Below the pieces are notes generated by a model, which was not told where the DNA came from, did no database searches, and saw nothing but the letters and a program-made list of their open reading frames with translations. Below are positions 19,103 to 29,498 of a stretch of DNA of 64,000 nucleotides, one piece after another. The translations under genes were made by a program, and so were the position numbers. Location: assembly GCA_947245515.1 (NCBI GenBank), contig CAMXQV010000001.1, positions 17,827-81,826 of the forward strand. Direction: 5' to 3'. Every line of letters starts with the position of its first letter. The stretch's first letter is position 1. This stretch comes from an uncultured Clostridium sp. GTDB lineage: Bacteria > Bacillota > Clostridia > TANB77 > CAG-508.

Positions 19103-22102
19103 TTACCTTTTAATTTCTTCCATAACATAAACTTCAATAATATCTGCTTCTTTTATGTCATTATAATTTTCAATTTGAATACCACATTCAAAGCCTTTTG
19201 TAACTTCTTTAACATCATCTTTAAATCTCTTCAAAGTAGCTAAATGTCCATCATGTATAACAACATTATCACGTATAACTCTAACTCCTGCATTTCTTTC
19301 AACTTTACCTGAAAGAACATAACCTCCTGCAATAGTACCTACATTAGAAATTTTAAAGGTCTGTCTTACTTCAACATTACCTATAATTTTTTCTTCAAAT
19401 TCAGGGTCTAGCATTCCTTTCATTGCTGCTTCAACATCTTCAATTGCTTGATAGATAATAGAATACTGTTTGATTTCAACTTCATCTTTTTCTGCAATTT
19501 CTTTTGCCATATTATCTGGTCTAACATTAAAAGCAATAATAATGGCATTAGAAACTTTAGCAAGAGTGACATCTGATTGATTAACTGCTCCAGCTGCACT
19601 ATGAATAACTTTTACTTTTACCTCTTCATTTGATAATTTTTCAAGAGATTGTTTAACTGCTTCCACAGAACCTTGAACATCTGCTTTTACAATTAAGTTT
19701 AATACCTTTAAGTTTCCTTCTTCCATTTGTGTAAATAAGTTATCTAAAGTAACTTTTGTTGTTGCATTTATAGATTTTTCTCTTTCTTGACGTTTTCTTC
19801 TTTCAATTAAATGTTTAGCCATTTTTTCATTTTTTACTTCATAGAAAGTATCTCCAGCTTCAGGTACATCTGTTAATCCCATAATTTCAACAGGTGTAGA
19901 TGGGCCAGCAGATTTTACACTTTTACCTTTGTCATCTTTCATAGCTCTAATTCTACCAATAGAAGAACCTACAACTATTGTATCGCCTACATCTAAAGTT
20001 CCTCTTTGAACAAGCATTGTTGCAATAGCACCTTTTGATTTATCAAGACGTGCTTCTATTACTGCACCTTTTGATTGCTTATTTGGATTTGCTTTTAGCT
20101 CTAATACATCTGCTTCTAATAGTACCATTTCTAGTAATTGATCAATATTCTCTCCTTTTTTAGCTGAAATAGGTACAAATATTGTGTCTCCTCCCCATTC
20201 TTCTGGAACTAAATCATATGCCATTAATTCTTGTTTTACTTTATCAATATTACTATCTGGTAAATCTATTTTATTTATTGCAACTATAATTGGAATTTCT
20301 GCAGATTTCGCATGATTTATAGCTTCTATTGTTTGTGGTTTTACACCATCATTTGCTGCTACAACTAATATTGCAATATCTGTTATTTGTGCACCTCTAG
20401 CACGCATTGCTGTAAAAGCTTCATGTCCTGGTGTATCTAAAAAGGTAATTTCTCTGTTATTTACTTTTACCTTATATGCACCAATTGCCTGTGTTATTCC
20501 TCCTGCTTCTCCTTCTATTACATTTGTTTTTCTAATTGTATCTAATAAAGAGGTTTTACCATGATCAACGTGTCCCATTACTACTATTACTGGTGGTCTT
20601 TCTTTTAAATCTTCTTCTCTATCTTCTGAATCATCAAATAATATATCTTCTTCTGTAATAGTTTCTTTTTTAGTTGCTGTAATACCGAATTCTTGTGCAA
20701 TTAAAAAGGCTGTATCAAAATCTATCTCTTGATTTATTGTTGCCATTATTCCATATCCTAATAGTTTTTTGATAACCTCTGAGGTTGTTTTCTTCATATC
20801 TGCTGCTAAATCTTTTACTGTAATGCTATCAGGAATTTCTATTTTTGTTAATTGGAATATTTTTTGCTTTGTTCTTTCCTCTTGAATTTTTGTGCCTTTT
20901 TTCTTTCCTTTTCTACCACGTTGTGTTGTTAAATCATAATAATCTAACATTCCGCCATCTTGTTCATCAAACATGTTTGATAGTTTATTTGTCTGTTTTA
21001 GATTTTTTAATTTTTCTTCGTCAAAATCTCTTTCGCCATTTCCTTTTCTTGTTTTCGATTTTTTAGTTGTTTTATTTTCATTAAATTTATTATTATTTTT
21101 TTGTTTATCTATTCCTCTGTTATATTCTCTAACATTTTCTTTTTCACTAGTTTCAACTGCCATAATATTCTTAATATTTTTTTCTATTCCTTTTGCATCT
21201 AATGGTCTTTTATTAAATTTATCGTTACTATTGTTTTTATTATTGAAGTTATTAGTTTTATTGTTATAACTATTATTATTGTTATAGTTATTACTGTTAT
21301 TATAATTATTATTGTTATAAGTATTATTATTTTTATTATAACTATTATAACTATTATAATTATTTTTATTATTATAATTGTTTTTATGGTTGTAATTTCC
21401 AGTGTTATTTGAATTATCTCTATTACGATAATTATTATTTCTATTATTGTTGTTATTATTCCTATTACTAAACTCAGCTACTTTTGGTTTATTTTGATTG
21501 TTATTTACTTTATTATTATTTTCTGTTTTATTTTCTTTTACTTGAATTTCTATTTTTTCCACCTTTTTCTCTACAATCTCTATTTTCTCTTCTTTAGCTG
21601 GTTTGATTTCTTCTTTTACCACTTCTGCTTTTTCTTCCTTTTTATTTTCAGTTTTTAATCCAAATAACTCACTTACTGTCATTGGTTTATTTGGTTTATT
21701 TCTATAAACAATATTATAATCTTTTTTTTCTTTTCTCTCAATAAATCCTACTTTATTTTGTTTTTTCTTTTTTTCTTCTGCTTCTTGTTTTTTTTGTTCT
21801 TGTTCTTCTTCTCGTGTTATTATCACTTCTCTTCTTATAATAACTGGCGCTCTTTCTTCTTTATTTGCTTCTTTTTTCTTTTCTACTGATTGCCCCACTT
21901 TTTTATCATTTACTGGCTTATCCTTACTATTTTTGGCTAAAGCACTTTCTATCTTTTTTGCTTCATCTTCTTCTACACTACTTAAATGACTTTTAGCATC
22001 TATTTTTAACTTATTTGCTACTTCTAATACTTCTTTACTGGTTAAGTCTAGCTTTTTAGCTATTTCATGTATTTTAATCTTACCCAATAATTTCACCCCC
22101 AT
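19103..22102 (-). CDS. infB: translation initiation factor IF-2, with a ~100-residue Asn/Tyr-rich insert
   Basis: 999 aa. G-domain motifs [24 protein letters not shown]. The true start may be a few codons downstream (a GGGGGTGA Shine-Dalgarno lies inside the ylxQ overlap). Confidence 0.95.
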   Translation of the reverse strand: MGVKLLGKIKIHEIAKKLDLTSKEVLEVANKLKIDAKSHLSSVEEDEAKKIESALAKNSKDKPVNDKKVGQSVEKKKEANKEERAPVIIRREVIITREEEQEQKKQEAEEKKKKQNKVGFIERKEKKDYNIVYRNKPNKPMTVSELFGLKTENKKEEKAEVVKEEIKPAKEEKIEIVEKKVEKIEIQVKENKTENNNKVNNNQNKPKVAEFSNRNNNNNNRNNNYRNRDNSNNTGNYNHKNNYNNKNNYNSYNSYNKNNNTYNNNNYNNSNNYNNNNSYNNKTNNFNNKNNSNDKFNKRPLDAKGIEKNIKNIMAVETSEKENVREYNRGIDKQKNNNKFNENKTTKKSKTRKGNGERDFDEEKLKNLKQTNKLSNMFDEQDGGMLDYYDLTTQRGRKGKKKGTKIQEERTKQKIFQLTKIEIPDSITVKDLAADMKKTTSEVIKKLLGYGIMATINQEIDFDTAFLIAQEFGITATKKETITEEDILFDDSEDREEDLKERPPVIVVMGHVDHGKTSLLDTIRKTNVIEGEAGGITQAIGAYKVKVNNREITFLDTPGHEAFTAMRARGAQITDIAILVVAANDGVKPQTIEAINHAKSAEIPIIVAINKIDLPDSNIDKVKQELMAYDLVPEEWGGDTIFVPISAKKGENIDQLLEMVLLEADVLELKANPNKQSKGAVIEARLDKSKGAIATMLVQRGTLDVGDTIVVGSSIGRIRAMKDDKGKSVKSAGPSTPVEIMGLTDVPEAGDTFYEVKNEKMAKHLIERRKRQEREKSINATTKVTLDNLFTQMEEGNLKVLNLIVKADVQGSVEAVKQSLEKLSNEEVKVKVIHSAAGAVNQSDVTLAKVSNAIIIAFNVRPDNMAKEIAEKDEVEIKQYSIIYQAIEDVEAAMKGMLDPEFEEKIIGNVEVRQTFKISNVGTIAGGYVLSGKVERNAGVRVIRDNVVIHDGHLATLKRFKDDVKEVTKGFECGIQIENYNDIKEADIIEVYVMEEIKR

Positions 22103-22400
22103 TATTTATTTTTATTATCTCCTTTGAAAAGTTAATATCTTCTATACCTATTATTGCTTTATTATCCTTTCCTATTGCCTTGCTTAAGGTTTCAATTGTT
22201 TCCTTTTCTATAATTGGTATATTATATTCTTCGCTTAATTTTCTGAATTTATTTTTTGTTCTTTCCGAAGAATCTTCTGCAATAATTATTAATTTTACTT
22301 TTTTCTTTTTTATTTCTAACTCCACACTATCTGCTCCAAAAGCAATTTTTCGTGCTCTTGTAGCTAGACCTATTAATCCTAATATCTTGTTATTTGTCAA
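22080..22400 (-). CDS. ylxQ: L7Ae/L30e-family RNA-binding protein (YlxQ type)
   Basis: 106 aa. Conserved position between ylxR and inf[17 protein letters not shown] motif. Confidence 0.8.
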   Translation of the reverse strand: MTNNKILGLIGLATRARKIAFGADSVELEIKKKKVKLIIIAEDSSERTKNKFRKLSEEYNIPIIEKETIETLSKAIGKDNKAIIGIEDINFSKEIIKINNGGEIIG

Positions 22401-22653
22401 GAATTACACCTCTTAAACTTTCATAAATTTCTTCTGATATTTTCATATCAAATACTCTTTCTAGTCTTTTTGATTTTTTCAATTTTTCTAAGCATTTTAT
22501 ATCATCACAAATATATGCTCCTCTACCTTCCTGCTTTCCTGTTCTATCTATGCTTATTATGTTTTCTTTATTTTTTACAATTCTAATAAATTCTTTTTTG
22601 TCTTTTTTTTCATTACATCCCATACATGTTCTTTGTGGTTGTTTTTTAATCAT
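22390..22653 (-). CDS. ylxR: YlxR/RnpM family (DUF448) RNA-binding protein
   Basis: 87 aa. RTCMGC...GRGAYIC signature. Follows nusA. Confidence 0.85.
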   Translation of the reverse strand: MIKKQPQRTCMGCNEKKDKKEFIRIVKNKENIISIDRTGKQEGRGAYICDDIKCLEKLKKSKRLERVFDMKISEEIYESLRGVILDK

Positions 22654-22689
22654 TTTGTTCTCCTTTCATTGTATGTTAATATTTTCGTT

Positions 22690-23820
22690 TTATTCTGCTT
22701 GTGTTTCGTCTTCTTCTATATTTATTTCTTCATTTTGAGCTTTCATTAACCTTTCTCTAAATTGTGTTTCAGATTTAATATCAATTTTCCAATTTGTTAA
22801 TCTCGCAGCTAGTCTAGCATTTTGCCCAGATTTTCCTATAGCTAGTGAAAGTTGATTATCTGGTACTATAACTTGTGCAAATCTTTCTTCTTCTTTTATA
22901 TCTACTGCTAGAATTTGTGCTGGTAATAAGGCTGATGCTATATATATTGATGGGTCTTCATTCCATTCTATAACATCTATTTTTTCACCATTTAACTCGT
23001 TAATTACATTTTGAATTCTGACTCCTCTTTGACCAACACATGATCCCACTGGATCTATATTTGGATCTGGTGAATATACTGCTACTTTACTTCTGTCTCC
23101 TGCATCCCTTGATACACTTTTTATTTCAATAACTCCCTCATAGATTTCTGGTATTTCAAATTCTAATAATTTTCTAACAAAATCTGGATGACTTCTTGAT
23201 ACTATTACATGTGGTGCTCCTTTTGCTCCTTTTTCTACATCTAATACTAATCCCTTTATTTTGTCATTTACTTCGTATTTTTCTGTTGGAATTTGTTCTT
23301 TTGTTAGCATGATTCCCTCTAGTTTTCCTAAGTCCATTACAACTATACTTCGATCTGCTTTTTGAATTATCCCTGATACTATTTCTCCTTTTCTATCGTT
23401 AAATTCAGAATATATTATTTCTCTTTCTGCTTCTCTTATTTTTTGAATTATTACTTGTTTTGCCGTTTGTGCTGCTATTCTACCAAAATTTCTTGGTACT
23501 ATTTCTGTTTCTAATACATCCCCTTCTTTTAAATCTGGATTTATTTTTTGTGCTTCTTCTATCGTTATTTCTGTTTCTTTATTTTCTACTGTTTCTTTTA
23601 TTTCTTTTAAGGAATATATATGTGTTGCTCCTGTTTTTTCATCCATAAGTACTTTAACATTTTCTAACGAATCGAAGTTTCTTTTATAGGCTGTTACTAA
23701 AGCTGTTTCTATTGATTCCAATAAGTAAGCTTTTTTTATTCCCCTTTCTTTTTCTAATTCCTCTAATGCTAAGATTAATTCTTTATTGTCAATAGCTGGT
23801 TCTTTTGATTGTTTTTTCAT
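22690..23820 (-). CDS. nusA: transcription termination/antitermination factor NusA
   Basis: S1 and KH domains, IDPVGSCVGQRGVRIQNV. I prefer the ATG at 23820 (GGAGGA upstream) over the TTG at 23844 given in the ORF track. Confidence 0.94.
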   Translation of the reverse strand: MKKQSKEPAIDNKELILALEELEKERGIKKAYLLESIETALVTAYKRNFDSLENVKVLMDEKTGATHIYSLKEIKETVENKETEITIEEAQKINPDLKEGDVLETEIVPRNFGRIAAQTAKQVIIQKIREAEREIIYSEFNDRKGEIVSGIIQKADRSIVVMDLGKLEGIMLTKEQIPTEKYEVNDKIKGLVLDVEKGAKGAPHVIVSRSHPDFVRKLLEFEIPEIYEGVIEIKSVSRDAGDRSKVAVYSPDPNIDPVGSCVGQRGVRIQNVINELNGEKIDVIEWNEDPSIYIASALLPAQILAVDIKEEERFAQVIVPDNQLSLAIGKSGQNARLAARLTNWKIDIKSETQFRERLMKAQNEEINIEEDETQAE

Positions 23821-23837
23821 TTTTCTTATTCCTCCTC

Positions 23838-24287
23838 TTACCAATTATAAACTTTTTTTATTTGTGATATATTTTTTCGCTCTATTTTTGTTCTATCTTC
23901 TAATTCTATATATTCTTCGTTATAGTTTTTTAATTTTCCTTTAATTTCTTTTTTTCCTGTTTCATCTTTTTTAAATAGTTTTATATTTATTTCTTCTCCA
24001 AGGTTTTGTTCTAAGTGTTTGTCTTTTCTTAGAATTCTTTCAATTCCTGGTGATGATACTTCTAAGTAGTATTGTTCTTTTATATAATTTGCATCATCTA
24101 ATATATCTGTAATTATATTGTTTACTTTTTCACAATCGTTTATGTCTATTCCTTCTTGTTTATCTATAAATATTCTTAAATAATAGTTTTTTCCTTCTTT
24201 ACAGTATTCTACGTCATATAGTTCATAGCCTTCTTTTTCAATTGGCTCTTTTACTAGATTTTCTACTTTTTCTTCAATACTTGCCAT
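23838..24287 (-). CDS. rimP: ribosome maturation factor RimP
   Basis: RimP-like sequence starting MASIEEKVENLV. The ATG at 24285-24287 is preceded by GGAGGAAGA. The longer ORF-track start at 24383 would run through the leader hairpin. Confidence 0.88.
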   Translation of the reverse strand: MASIEEKVENLVKEPIEKEGYELYDVEYCKEGKNYYLRIFIDKQEGIDINDCEKVNNIITDILDDANYIKEQYYLEVSSPGIERILRKDKHLEQNLGEEINIKLFKKDETGKKEIKGKLKNYNEEYIELEDRTKIERKNISQIKKVYNW

Positions 24288-24363
24288 TCTTCCTCCTTCT
24301 AAATCGTCATTTCCGCTTTTATTTATATAACTCTCCTTTTTTAATGACAATTCACATAATTTA

Positions 24364-24386
24364 AGAGTGGGATTTGTTCCCACTCT
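24364..24386 (-). promoter_or_regulatory. leader stem-loop between the rimP-nusA promoter and rimP
   Basis: 9-bp perfect stem AGAGTGGGA/TCCCACTCT with a 5-nt loop. It lies downstream of the promoter at 24412-24440 and upstream of the rimP Shine-Dalgarno. Confidence 0.5.
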
Positions 24387-24411
24387 ACTGTTCTTATGTT
24401 TCTACTTTTAT

Positions 24412-24440
24412 ATTATAACCATTTCTTGGAATAAATGCAA
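24412..24440 (-). promoter_or_regulatory. sigma-A type promoter of the rimP-nusA-infB operon
   Basis: On the minus strand: TTGCAT, 17 nt, TATAAT. Confidence 0.6.
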
Positions 24441-24480
24441 GTTTTTTTCTAATAATTTTGTATTAATCTAGTTTTGCAAA

Positions 24481-24509
24481 TTGAAACAACCTAAAAATTA
24501 TGGTATAAT
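24481..24509 (+). promoter_or_regulatory. near-consensus extended -10 sigma-A promoter (divergent from the rimP promoter)
   Basis: TTGAAA, 17 nt, TATAAT with TG at -15/-14 (TGgTATAAT). Confidence 0.6.
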
Positions 24510-24539
24510 TATATTAATACTATTCTAGGAGGAATTATT

Positions 24540-24593
24540 ATGACTAAAATGAGAAGTATTACCTTAAAAAAACGAAGGTTAAATTTTTTTTAA
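24540..24593 (+). CDS. candidate 17-codon mini-ORF (MTKMRSITLKKRRLNFF)
   Basis: AGGAGG lies 7 nt upstream of the ATG. The ORF is 30 nt downstream of the consensus promoter and is followed by hairpins and a terminator. It contains tandem rare Arg codons CGA-AGG. Confidence 0.4.
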   Translation: MTKMRSITLKKRRLNFF

Positions 24594-24617
24594 TTTTCCT
24601 TCGAAATTCCATTAAAA

Positions 24618-24645
24618 GATGAGGGATTTGTTCCCTCATTTTTTG
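24618..24645. terminator. bidirectional rho-independent terminator (mini-ORF on plus, GT2 gene on minus)
   Basis: Stem GATGAGGGA/TCCCTCAT(T) with a 5-nt loop. TTTTT follows on the plus strand and CTTTTAA on the minus strand. Confidence 0.7.
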
Positions 24646-24653
24646 ACTATTTC

Positions 24654-25919
24654 TTAAACTTTTTCAATTATTTTTGAAGTTTCTGTTTCTTCTCCAACAT
24701 CACCGATTTTTATGTTTCTAACATGGTTAATTTTTTCCCATGTTGTTTCTCTTTTAAATAAACATTTGAAATTTATAACTAACCAAGACCCCATAAATAA
24801 TGGATAACATAATAATCCTTTAATCATAGGTTTTATTGGTCTTCTATCTAATAACATTACTATTAAGGCTGTAAATATTGGTAATAAAAAGGTTGGTATT
24901 AAATATCTTAATACATTCACAATTAATTCTATTTCTGTCATACCTTTTCCAGCATACATTAAAAAGTTTGTTGCTAATAAAACTAAGGTAAGTATAAACA
25001 TTGGAATACTTCCTATAATATATAAAAATCCATCAAAATTCATCATTGTTTTGTTTTCTTTAGCGGCTACTGCCAAGTCCTTTGTATATTCTTTAATACA
25101 TTGCATATGTCCAACAGTCCATCTACTTCTTTGTGACCAACTTTGTTTAAAACCTACTGGTTGTTCATCATATACTATAGCATCTGTTGCCCAACCTAAT
25201 TTTTTGCCATTTATTATTCTTTTTAAGGAAAATTCAATATCTTCTGTTAAGGTTATGGTATCCCATCCTTGTGGTTTTATAACATCAAATCTTACCATAA
25301 ATCCTGTTCCATTTAATAATGGTGATAAGCCTAAATTATATCTTGCTAGATGATAAAATCTGTGCATTGTCCAATAAAAGATTGCATAGCCTGCTGTTAT
25401 CCAACTGTCTGTTGGATTTTTGATATCTCTATAACCTTGTACTACATCTTCTCCTTGACATAATTTTTTGTTCATATTTTTTATAAAGTTTGGATCAACT
25501 ATATTGTCTGAGTCAAATACGAAAAATGCATCATATGGGGCATCTTCTTGGATTTTTTGTTGTAGAAACCAGTCTAAGGCATATCCTTTTGTTTTCTTTG
25601 AATTGTTGTATCTTTCATAAACTATTGCTCCTGCTTCTCTTGCTACTTTTGCTGTGTTGTCCGTACAGTTATCTGCAATTACGTATATGTCATATAATTC
25701 TTTGTTATAGTTTTGCTTTTTTAAACTTTCTACTAAATTTCCTACTACTGCTTCTTCATTATGTGCTGGTATTATTGCCATAAATCTATGATCTTTTTTT
25801 ACTTTTAGTGGCTTATCTTTAATCTTTACTAAGGAGCATAAACTTACCATTATTTGATATAACCAAAATATTGTTATTATCCATACTAATGCTTCTCTTA
25901 TTATATATAAATAATCCAT
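24654..25919 (-). CDS. membrane-embedded glycosyltransferase family 2 (processive synthase-like)
   Basis: 421 aa. N-terminal TM helix, GT-A domain (IIPAHNEE, DSDN, TEDIEFS, QRSRW), then C-terminal TM helices. Confidence 0.85.
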   Translation of the reverse strand: MDYLYIIREALVWIITIFWLYQIMVSLCSLVKIKDKPLKVKKDHRFMAIIPAHNEEAVVGNLVESLKKQNYNKELYDIYVIADNCTDNTAKVAREAGAIVYERYNNSKKTKGYALDWFLQQKIQEDAPYDAFFVFDSDNIVDPNFIKNMNKKLCQGEDVVQGYRDIKNPTDSWITAGYAIFYWTMHRFYHLARYNLGLSPLLNGTGFMVRFDVIKPQGWDTITLTEDIEFSLKRIINGKKLGWATDAIVYDEQPVGFKQSWSQRSRWTVGHMQCIKEYTKDLAVAAKENKTMMNFDGFLYIIGSIPMFILTLVLLATNFLMYAGKGMTEIELIVNVLRYLIPTFLLPIFTALIVMLLDRRPIKPMIKGLLCYPLFMGSWLVINFKCLFKRETTWEKINHVRNIKIGDVGEETETSKIIEKV

Positions 25920-26095
25920 TTTTTTACCTCACTTTTTAATAATATTTCTTTTAATATTATTATGCTACCTTTTTAATTATACTATTATTGTAAAAAATAT
26001 GCAACATTTTCAATAAAAATTAATTTTTTCTTCATAATTTTAATTTGAAAATTTGAATAATATATTATTTAAACTGTATGTTATAACTAATTTTG

Positions 26096-28675
26096 TTATA
26101 TATTTTCTTTTCTTATTGTTTCAATAGTATTTTGTTTATTAATTTTTTTAATAGAATATTTCATAATAATGAAGACAAACAAAAATACGAATATTGCAGA
26201 AATAAGAATAGAGTCTATTGGAATATATATTCCTTTATCAATTTTAACAGAAAAAGCCTTATACATTGCCACTGTTCCAAGTAAACCTAAAATCGTTCCA
26301 TAAACCCATGCTTTTGTACCATAAAAAATTGTTTCCAAATTTATCATTCTATTAAATTCTCTATTTGTCATTCCTATACTTTTAAGCATAGCAAATTCCT
26401 TTTGTCTTAATTCCATATTTGCTGTAATAGTATTAAAAATATTAGTAACACCAATTAAAGTAATAACAGCTATAAATCCATATAAAAATATTTTAATAAC
26501 AAGAATCATAGATTTTTCCTGGTTTACTGCCTCTTCCAAATTAAACAAATTCATATTAGAATTTATGCTTTTTAAATCATCTTCTAATTGATTAACATCC
26601 TTTGATTTTATCGCTATTCCATATAGAGAAAATTTTAATTCTTTAATAGTATTTATTTCAACAATCAAATTGCCACCACTATAACTAGTATTCTTCATAC
26701 CATCTGGTTTAACACTTGAAATTGCTCCAACTTTTATAGATACCTTCTTATTTTTAAATTCTCCCTCAATATTGTCACCTTTTGAATAAGTATATATCCT
26801 AGAAACCTTTTCTTTGCCATTTTCTTCGCTATAATCCTTAAATTCATCACATAATATTCCTGAACCTTTTACATCTTCATATTTAACTCCAATTTCTTTA
26901 ACATATCTTTTAAAAGCTTCTGTATCTAGTGCATTAATATTCAAAACTATATATTTTTCTTCACTTTCAATAATTTTATCCTTTTCTTCATCATAACTTT
27001 CTTCTGTCATTATATAACTAATACTTTTTGACTTTTTAATTTTACTTAAGTCTTTTATTTTAAATGTATCACCTTCAATTTCATGTAATAAACTATACTG
27101 TTCTATACTTTGATGTGATAAAATCTTTTTTAATTCTTCCTCAGTAAAATCAGCTCCAGTTGGAGGTGAAACTTGAAGATTATAATTACTATCTTTATAA
27201 TAATTACTACTAAAATCAAAAGCATTAACTATAAAAGCACTCATGGTAATAAATATAAAAATACTAACTGATATCGATATTACTGTTGTTCTATATTTCT
27301 TTTTGCTTCTTTTTAAATTTTTATATGCTAAATCTCCACCTGTTTTAAAAATTGTTGAGATTATTCTTGGTACTTTTAACTTTCTGCTATTTATCTGTAT
27401 ATCTTTTGAATTTTTTAGTCCTTCAATTGGACTTACTTTACTTGCTTTTTTTGCTGAACTTCTTGCAGATAAATATATTGTAATTACTCCAAGTATTATA
27501 GATAATAATATTGGCATAAAGGATATTTTAAAAACTATTCCATCTACATGTCCTAATAAATAATCTCCTATCAATATATTTACAAATTTTATCAACACAA
27601 AAACTGCAATTAACCCAAATAATATACCTAAAGGAATACCTATAGTTCCTAAAATTAAACCTTCTGTTATTACATTTTTTCTTATTTGTCTTTTTGTTGT
27701 TCCAACACTAGCAAGCATAGAATACATCTTAATTTTCTCTGTTGTTGCAATTGCAAAGGAATTTCTTATACAAAAAACACTTGTAAATAAAATTACAAAA
27801 ATTACAACACCCACTACACAAAATAACATTGCTATGGTTGAATCTGAAAAGGCAAAAGCTTCCCATCTTAATAATTCCTGATTAACAGAATATTCATATT
27901 TTGTTACCTTTATATCATGTTCTTTTACGTTTTTATAATTTTGTGCTCCTAACAGTTCTGTTAAAGAGGTTTCATATTGTTTTGGAGCTTTTAGACTAAT
28001 ATATAAGTTATTCTCTCCCTGATTTATTCCTGTACTTATTATTGTATATCCAGAATCTCCAAAATTTTCAAAATTTGTATTTGGTCTCTCTATAATTCCA
28101 ACAATTTTAAAATTGTATTTTTTTGTATTTATTATTTGTTCATCTTCTTCCATATATGGATTATTTCCATTTAATTTAGAATTATCTGAAGCTTTTCTTT
28201 CTCCAACATCAAGTTCTATAGTATCTCCAATTTTGTAATTTAATTTTGCATTACTATTTATAGTATTACTAATTACTAGCTCTTTACTATCTTTTGGAAA
28301 GCTTCCTTCAATTAATTTAAAACTTAAATTATCAAATGTCTCCTCATCCATTGAATTTAATCTAACATAAGGTTTATCTTTATTCTTACTACCAATTAAT
28401 TTTGCATATCCACATCTTTTTACTTGATAAATATCTTTTATGTCTCTGTTATTTTTAATGTTTTTTAGGTCTTCTTCTTTTATATCCTTTAACTCTATAT
28501 GATAATATCCTAACTCGTTTTTTGCATTTTCAACTAAAGTTGCTTGAAAACTCAAGGCCATACTTGCAACTGCACATATTAAGGCTACTGATAAAATAAT
28601 TCCGATTATTGTACTTATAGTTCTTTTTTTATTTAATTTTAAATTTCTAACAGATAAAAGTGTAAGAATCTTCAT
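26096..28675 (-). CDS. ABC transporter permease, FtsX/MacB family with two FtsX modules
   Basis: 859 aa. Two blocks of 4 TM helices separated by large extracytoplasmic domains. Follows the ATPase gene. Confidence 0.85.
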   Translation of the reverse strand: MKILTLLSVRNLKLNKKRTISTIIGIILSVALICAVASMALSFQATLVENAKNELGYYHIELKDIKEEDLKNIKNNRDIKDIYQVKRCGYAKLIGSKNKDKPYVRLNSMDEETFDNLSFKLIEGSFPKDSKELVISNTINSNAKLNYKIGDTIELDVGERKASDNSKLNGNNPYMEEDEQIINTKKYNFKIVGIIERPNTNFENFGDSGYTIISTGINQGENNLYISLKAPKQYETSLTELLGAQNYKNVKEHDIKVTKYEYSVNQELLRWEAFAFSDSTIAMLFCVVGVVIFVILFTSVFCIRNSFAIATTEKIKMYSMLASVGTTKRQIRKNVITEGLILGTIGIPLGILFGLIAVFVLIKFVNILIGDYLLGHVDGIVFKISFMPILLSIILGVITIYLSARSSAKKASKVSPIEGLKNSKDIQINSRKLKVPRIISTIFKTGGDLAYKNLKRSKKKYRTTVISISVSIFIFITMSAFIVNAFDFSSNYYKDSNYNLQVSPPTGADFTEEELKKILSHQSIEQYSLLHEIEGDTFKIKDLSKIKKSKSISYIMTEESYDEEKDKIIESEEKYIVLNINALDTEAFKRYVKEIGVKYEDVKGSGILCDEFKDYSEENGKEKVSRIYTYSKGDNIEGEFKNKKVSIKVGAISSVKPDGMKNTSYSGGNLIVEINTIKELKFSLYGIAIKSKDVNQLEDDLKSINSNMNLFNLEEAVNQEKSMILVIKIFLYGFIAVITLIGVTNIFNTITANMELRQKEFAMLKSIGMTNREFNRMINLETIFYGTKAWVYGTILGLLGTVAMYKAFSVKIDKGIYIPIDSILISAIFVFLFVFIIMKYSIKKINKQNTIETIRKENI

Positions 28676-28692
28676 TTTATTTCTCCTTTCCT

Positions 28693-29358
28693 TTAATTAA
28701 GCAATTTTCCATCTTCAATTTTTATAATTCTATCTGCTACTTTTGCTATTTCCAAGTTATGTGTAATCATTATTATTGTTTGCTTATAATCTTTATTTGA
28801 CTTTTTTAATAAAGCTACTATTTCATCACTTGATTTTGAATCCAAGTTTCCTGTTGGTTCATCTGCTAGTATTATTGCTGGATTTGTTATCATTGCTCTA
28901 CCTATTGATGTCCTTTGTTGTTGTCCTCCAGATAACTCATTTGGTAAATGTGTTCTTCTTTTTTCTAATCCTAAGGTTTTAATTAAGGTTTGAAGTTTAC
29001 TTTCTTCTACTTTTCTGTTATCTAGATTTAATGGTAAGGTTATATTTTCTTCTACATTAAGTATTGGTATTAGATTATAAAATTGATATATTAATCCTAC
29101 TTGCCTTCTTCTAAATATTGCTAATTCGTCATCTTTAAATTTGTATATATCTTTTCCATCTATATATACTTTTCCACTTGTAGGTCTATCTACTCCTCCT
29201 ATTAAGTGTAATAGTGTAGATTTTCCACTTCCTGATGCTCCAACGATTGCAACAAATTCTCCCTTTTCTACTTTGAAGGATACCTGGTCTAAGGCTGTAA
29301 CTTTATTTTCCCCTTTTCCATATTGCTTGCATAAATTTTCAACTCTTAATATTTCCAT
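28693..29358 (-). CDS. ABC transporter ATP-binding protein (MacB/LolD-like)
   Basis: GASGSGKST Walker A, LSGGQQQR signature, ILADEPTGNLD Walker B. Confidence 0.92.
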   Translation of the reverse strand: MEILRVENLCKQYGKGENKVTALDQVSFKVEKGEFVAIVGASGSGKSTLLHLIGGVDRPTSGKVYIDGKDIYKFKDDELAIFRRRQVGLIYQFYNLIPILNVEENITLPLNLDNRKVEESKLQTLIKTLGLEKRRTHLPNELSGGQQQRTSIGRAMITNPAIILADEPTGNLDSKSSDEIVALLKKSNKDYKQTIIMITHNLEIAKVADRIIKIEDGKLLN

Positions 29359-29457
29359 ATTGCTTTCTCCTTTAACTTTTTATTTTCAATATTATTATAA
29401 CCTTTATAAAGTGACAACTAAGTGACATTTTTTAAATTTATACCTAAAAAACAGAAT

Positions 29458-29498
29458 AGAACAAATAAGAAAAATCAAAGCTTTTTCTTATTTGTTCT
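29458..29498. repeat. perfect 17-bp-stem hairpin in a divergent intergenic region
   Basis: AGAACAAATAAGAAAAA, 7-nt loop, TTTTTCTTATTTGTTCT. Followed by a TTTAAGTTTTCGA motif related to the MITE terminus. Confidence 0.6.

Noticed and set aside
21221-21523. The repetitive AAT/TAT-rich DNA in infB as a CRISPR-like or satellite repeat.
   Set aside because: It has no regular repeat-spacer periodicity, and it is in frame and continuous with the IF-2 reading frame.
23821-24383. N-terminal extensions in the ORF track: nusA from the TTG at 23844, rimP from 24383. Similar extensions occur for accD from 32750, recombinase B from 50559, the peroxiredoxin from 53747 and the radical-SAM gene from 58737.
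   Set aside because: In each case an internal ATG with a strong Shine-Dalgarno fits the family N-terminus. The extensions use non-ATG starts, rare codons or cross regulatory hairpins.
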